A stretch of DNA of 64,000 bases from a virus (Duplodnaviria; Caudoviricetes), in the IMG/VR virus record IMGVR_UViG_2209111019_000003, positions 1-64,000 of that record; one strand, 5' to 3'. This document shows, piece by piece, positions 62,035 to 64,000 of the stretch. A program made the translations under genes and the position numbers. How positions within the stretch are numbered: the first letter of the stretch is position 1; each line of letters starts with the position of its first letter. The notes beneath the pieces were generated by a model that was not told the DNA's origin, ran no database searches, and saw only the letters and a program-made list of their open reading frames with translations.

Positions 62035-62271
62035 TCAGTCGCGCACCAGGTGACTCAGGGGTACACCGAGCGCGTCAGCGATCAGATAGAGGTGGTCCAA
62101 TCGTGCGGACTGCAGTCCCAGCTCGGTGCGCACGATGGTCACGCGGCCTAGCCCGGAGAGTTCGGCGAGCTTCTCCTGGCTTAGCTCTCGAGCTTCTCTG
62201 GCGTGGCGGATCCGGGCTCCGACCGTCCGGCGCCGCCGCAGCAGGTGCTCGGGGACTTGATCGGAAACCAC
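62035..62271 (-). CDS. XRE-family HTH regulator
   Basis: 'GARIRHAREARELSQEKLAELSGLGRVTIVRTELG...IADALGV'. Confidence 0.88.
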   Translation of the reverse strand: MVSDQVPEHLLRRRRTVGARIRHAREARELSQEKLAELSGLGRVTIVRTELGLQSARLDHLYLIADALGVPLSHLVRD

Positions 62272-62497
62272 TCGTCAACGCTGGGCCGTTCATGATCCAA
62301 AGTCTGTATCGTAAACGATCCAATATAGGTGCCCGCTACATTTAGGCACCGCGGCCTCGAGCCGCCCCCCGACGGCCGTCGGCGGTGTCCTGCCCCCCAG
62401 GCGGTGCCGCCGGCGGTCCCTTTTTGTGTCCATCCGCGGTTGAGGCGCTTTGCACTCACGGCCCTCATCTGCTGGGGGATCCCGCCGTCCCGGTGTT

Positions 62498-62724
62498 CCC
62501 ACGGGAACCCCGCGCATCCAGGACCGTCAACCAACGACGCTCAGCGTCAACGAGCGTCAACCAAACGGGTTAATTTGCCCTACCCTGCGGCATCGCCGCA
62601 GGTCACAATGGTGCAAAGGATTGGGTTCAAGTCCCGTCACTCACCCCACGCGATCAAGGCCCGACCTGCGAAAACAGGCCGGGCCTTCTTCGTGCCCCAA
62701 AATTGGGAACCCCACGGGAACCCC
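62498..62724. mobile_element. attP-configured attachment site with tRNA-His 3'-end core
   Basis: Core GGGTTCAAGTCCCGTCACTCACCCCA (62623-62648: T-arm, acceptor strand, C73, CCA); arm repeats CCCACGGGAACCCC at 62498 and 62711; CGTCAAC at 62525, 62545, 62555; hairpin 62656-62687. Confidence 0.8.
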
Positions 62725-62765
62725 AACCCCTCCCCGACCAGCACAAACGGGTCTACCGTCCACTC

Positions 62766-64000
62766 ATGGCAAGCATCGTGGAACGCCCCAAAACGGACGG
62801 CTCGGTGACCTATCAGGTCAAGTGGCGGGAAGGCGGCGGCCGAACTGGCGCCGGCCAGACCGAGCGCTTCGCCGACCGCCCCTCCGCCGAGCAGTTCAAG
62901 CGCCTGGTCGACGCACACGACCAGCACTGGCCGCCCGGCTGGATCCGCGGCAAGGGCTTCGTCGAACCCGACACCAACCCCGACGACGTGCCGCTGCTCG
63001 AGTGGGCGCACCGCTACGCCGACAAGCTCACCGGCATCGACGGCCGCACCCGCAAGGACTACAAGCGGGACATCGACCGGCACTTCGCCCCGATCGTCCA
63101 CACCCGCAGCGACGGCGAGACCATCCCCGCGACCGTCTGCAACGTCACCCAGGACGACATCACCGACTGGGTCCGCACCCAGGAAGACGGCCTCGAGGAC
63201 CCCGAGCGGCCCGGTACGTGGCTACGGCGCAAGGCCAGCCCCAAGTCCATCGCCAACCGGCACGGGCTGCTGTGGTGCCTCTTCCAGGCCGCCGTGGACG
63301 CCACCCCGCAGCTACGGCCGGCCAACCCCTGCGCGAAGACGAAGCTGCCGCGGACCGACGACGGGATCGTCGAGGAGATGGTGTTCCTCGAGCAAGACGA
63401 ATGGCAGCGGATCCGCGCGGAGTTCACCGACCCCGACGCCCGGGACCTCGCGGAGTTCCTCGTCGGCACCGGCCTGCGCTGGGGTGAGGCGACCGCGCTG
63501 CAGGTTCAGGACGTGAACCTGCGGCAGTCGACGATCAGCGTCCAGCGGGCGTGGAAGCGGCAGGACGACAACACGTTCGCGCTCGGTCCGCCCAAGACCC
63601 GCAAGGCGCGGCGCACGCTCGCCCTGTCGCCCGATCAGATGGCCATGGTCCGCGGCCACATGGCGGGCCGCGCCCCGGAGTCGTTCATCTTCCGCGGCGG
63701 GATGGGGTCGGCGTGGCGGCACTCCAACTTCTTCCACCGCAAGTGGCAGCCGGCGGTGGCGGCGGCGATGGCCAAGGGGTTGCCGAAGAAGCCGCGGCTG
63801 CATGATCTGCGGCACACGCATGTGGCGTGGCTGGTGGCTGCGAACATTCCGCTTCCGGCGATCCAGGCCCGCGTGGGTCACGAGTCGATCACGACGACGA
63901 TCGACCGGTACGGGCATCTGGTGCGGGCGATGGACGGTGAGATCAGTGCGGCTGTACAGGCCGCCCTCGCGGGTGCCGCCGCTTCCCCAGGGCGGCACCT
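62766..64000 (+). CDS. int: Tyrosine integrase (3' end cut by the window edge; absent from the ORF track)
   Basis: 'MASIVERPKTDGSVTYQVKWR' arm-binding domain; 'TGLRWGEATAL', 'HDLRHTH', 'GHESITTTIDRYGHL'; -10 TACCGT 6 nt before the ATG. Confidence 0.93.
   Translation, partial: MASIVERPKTDGSVTYQVKWREGGGRTGAGQTERFADRPSAEQFKRLVDAHDQHWPPGWIRGKGFVEPDTNPDDVPLLEWAHRYADKLTGIDGRTRKDYKRDIDRHFAPIVHTRSDGETIPATVCNVTQDDITDWVRTQEDGLEDPERPGTWLRRKASPKSIANRHGLLWCLFQAAVDATPQLRPANPCAKTKLPRTDDGIVEEMVFLEQDEWQRIRAEFTDPDARDLAEFLVGTGLRWGEATALQVQDVNLRQSTISVQRAWKRQDDNTFALGPPKTRKARRTLALSPDQMAMVRGHMAGRAPESFIFRGGMGSAWRHSNFFHRKWQPAVAAAMAKGLPKKPRLHDLRHTHVAWLVAANIPLPAIQARVGHESITTTIDRYGHLVRAMDGEISAAVQAALAGAAASPGRH

Noticed and set aside
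62623-62648. tRNA gene
   Set aside because: Only the T-arm and acceptor 3' strand are present; upstream sequence cannot form D or anticodon arms, so it is an att core

Overview
High-GC (roughly 70% by eye) temperate siphophage genome segment, most likely from Streptomyces or a close actinomycete. Order: early/replication genes with three different DNA methyltransferases (1-11 kb); a Cre-like tyrosine recombinase with a candidate lox/dif-like site and a lipoprotein (11-13 kb); terminase, with an endonuclease VII cassette between its subunits, then head, tail, tape measure and tail-tip genes (13.5-35 kb); an opposite-strand glycosylation cassette of 3 glycosyltransferases, an NDP-sugar epimerase and a SAM methyltransferase (35-42 kb); a lysis cassette of papain-like peptidase, GH25 endolysin and holins (42.5-45.5 kb). 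The most notable part is a Streptomyces-type conjugation module inside the phage genome (47-56 kb): a TraB/FtsK-like translocase, an 11-bp-phased clt-like repeat array at its 3' end, Spd-like membrane proteins and two NUDIX genes. After it come a WYL protein, a second replication initiator, a DNA-damage-promoter gene cluster, and an attP-configured site (tRNA-His 3' end core) followed by a tyrosine integrase that runs off the window. All product names come from motif recognition by eye; no database search was run.
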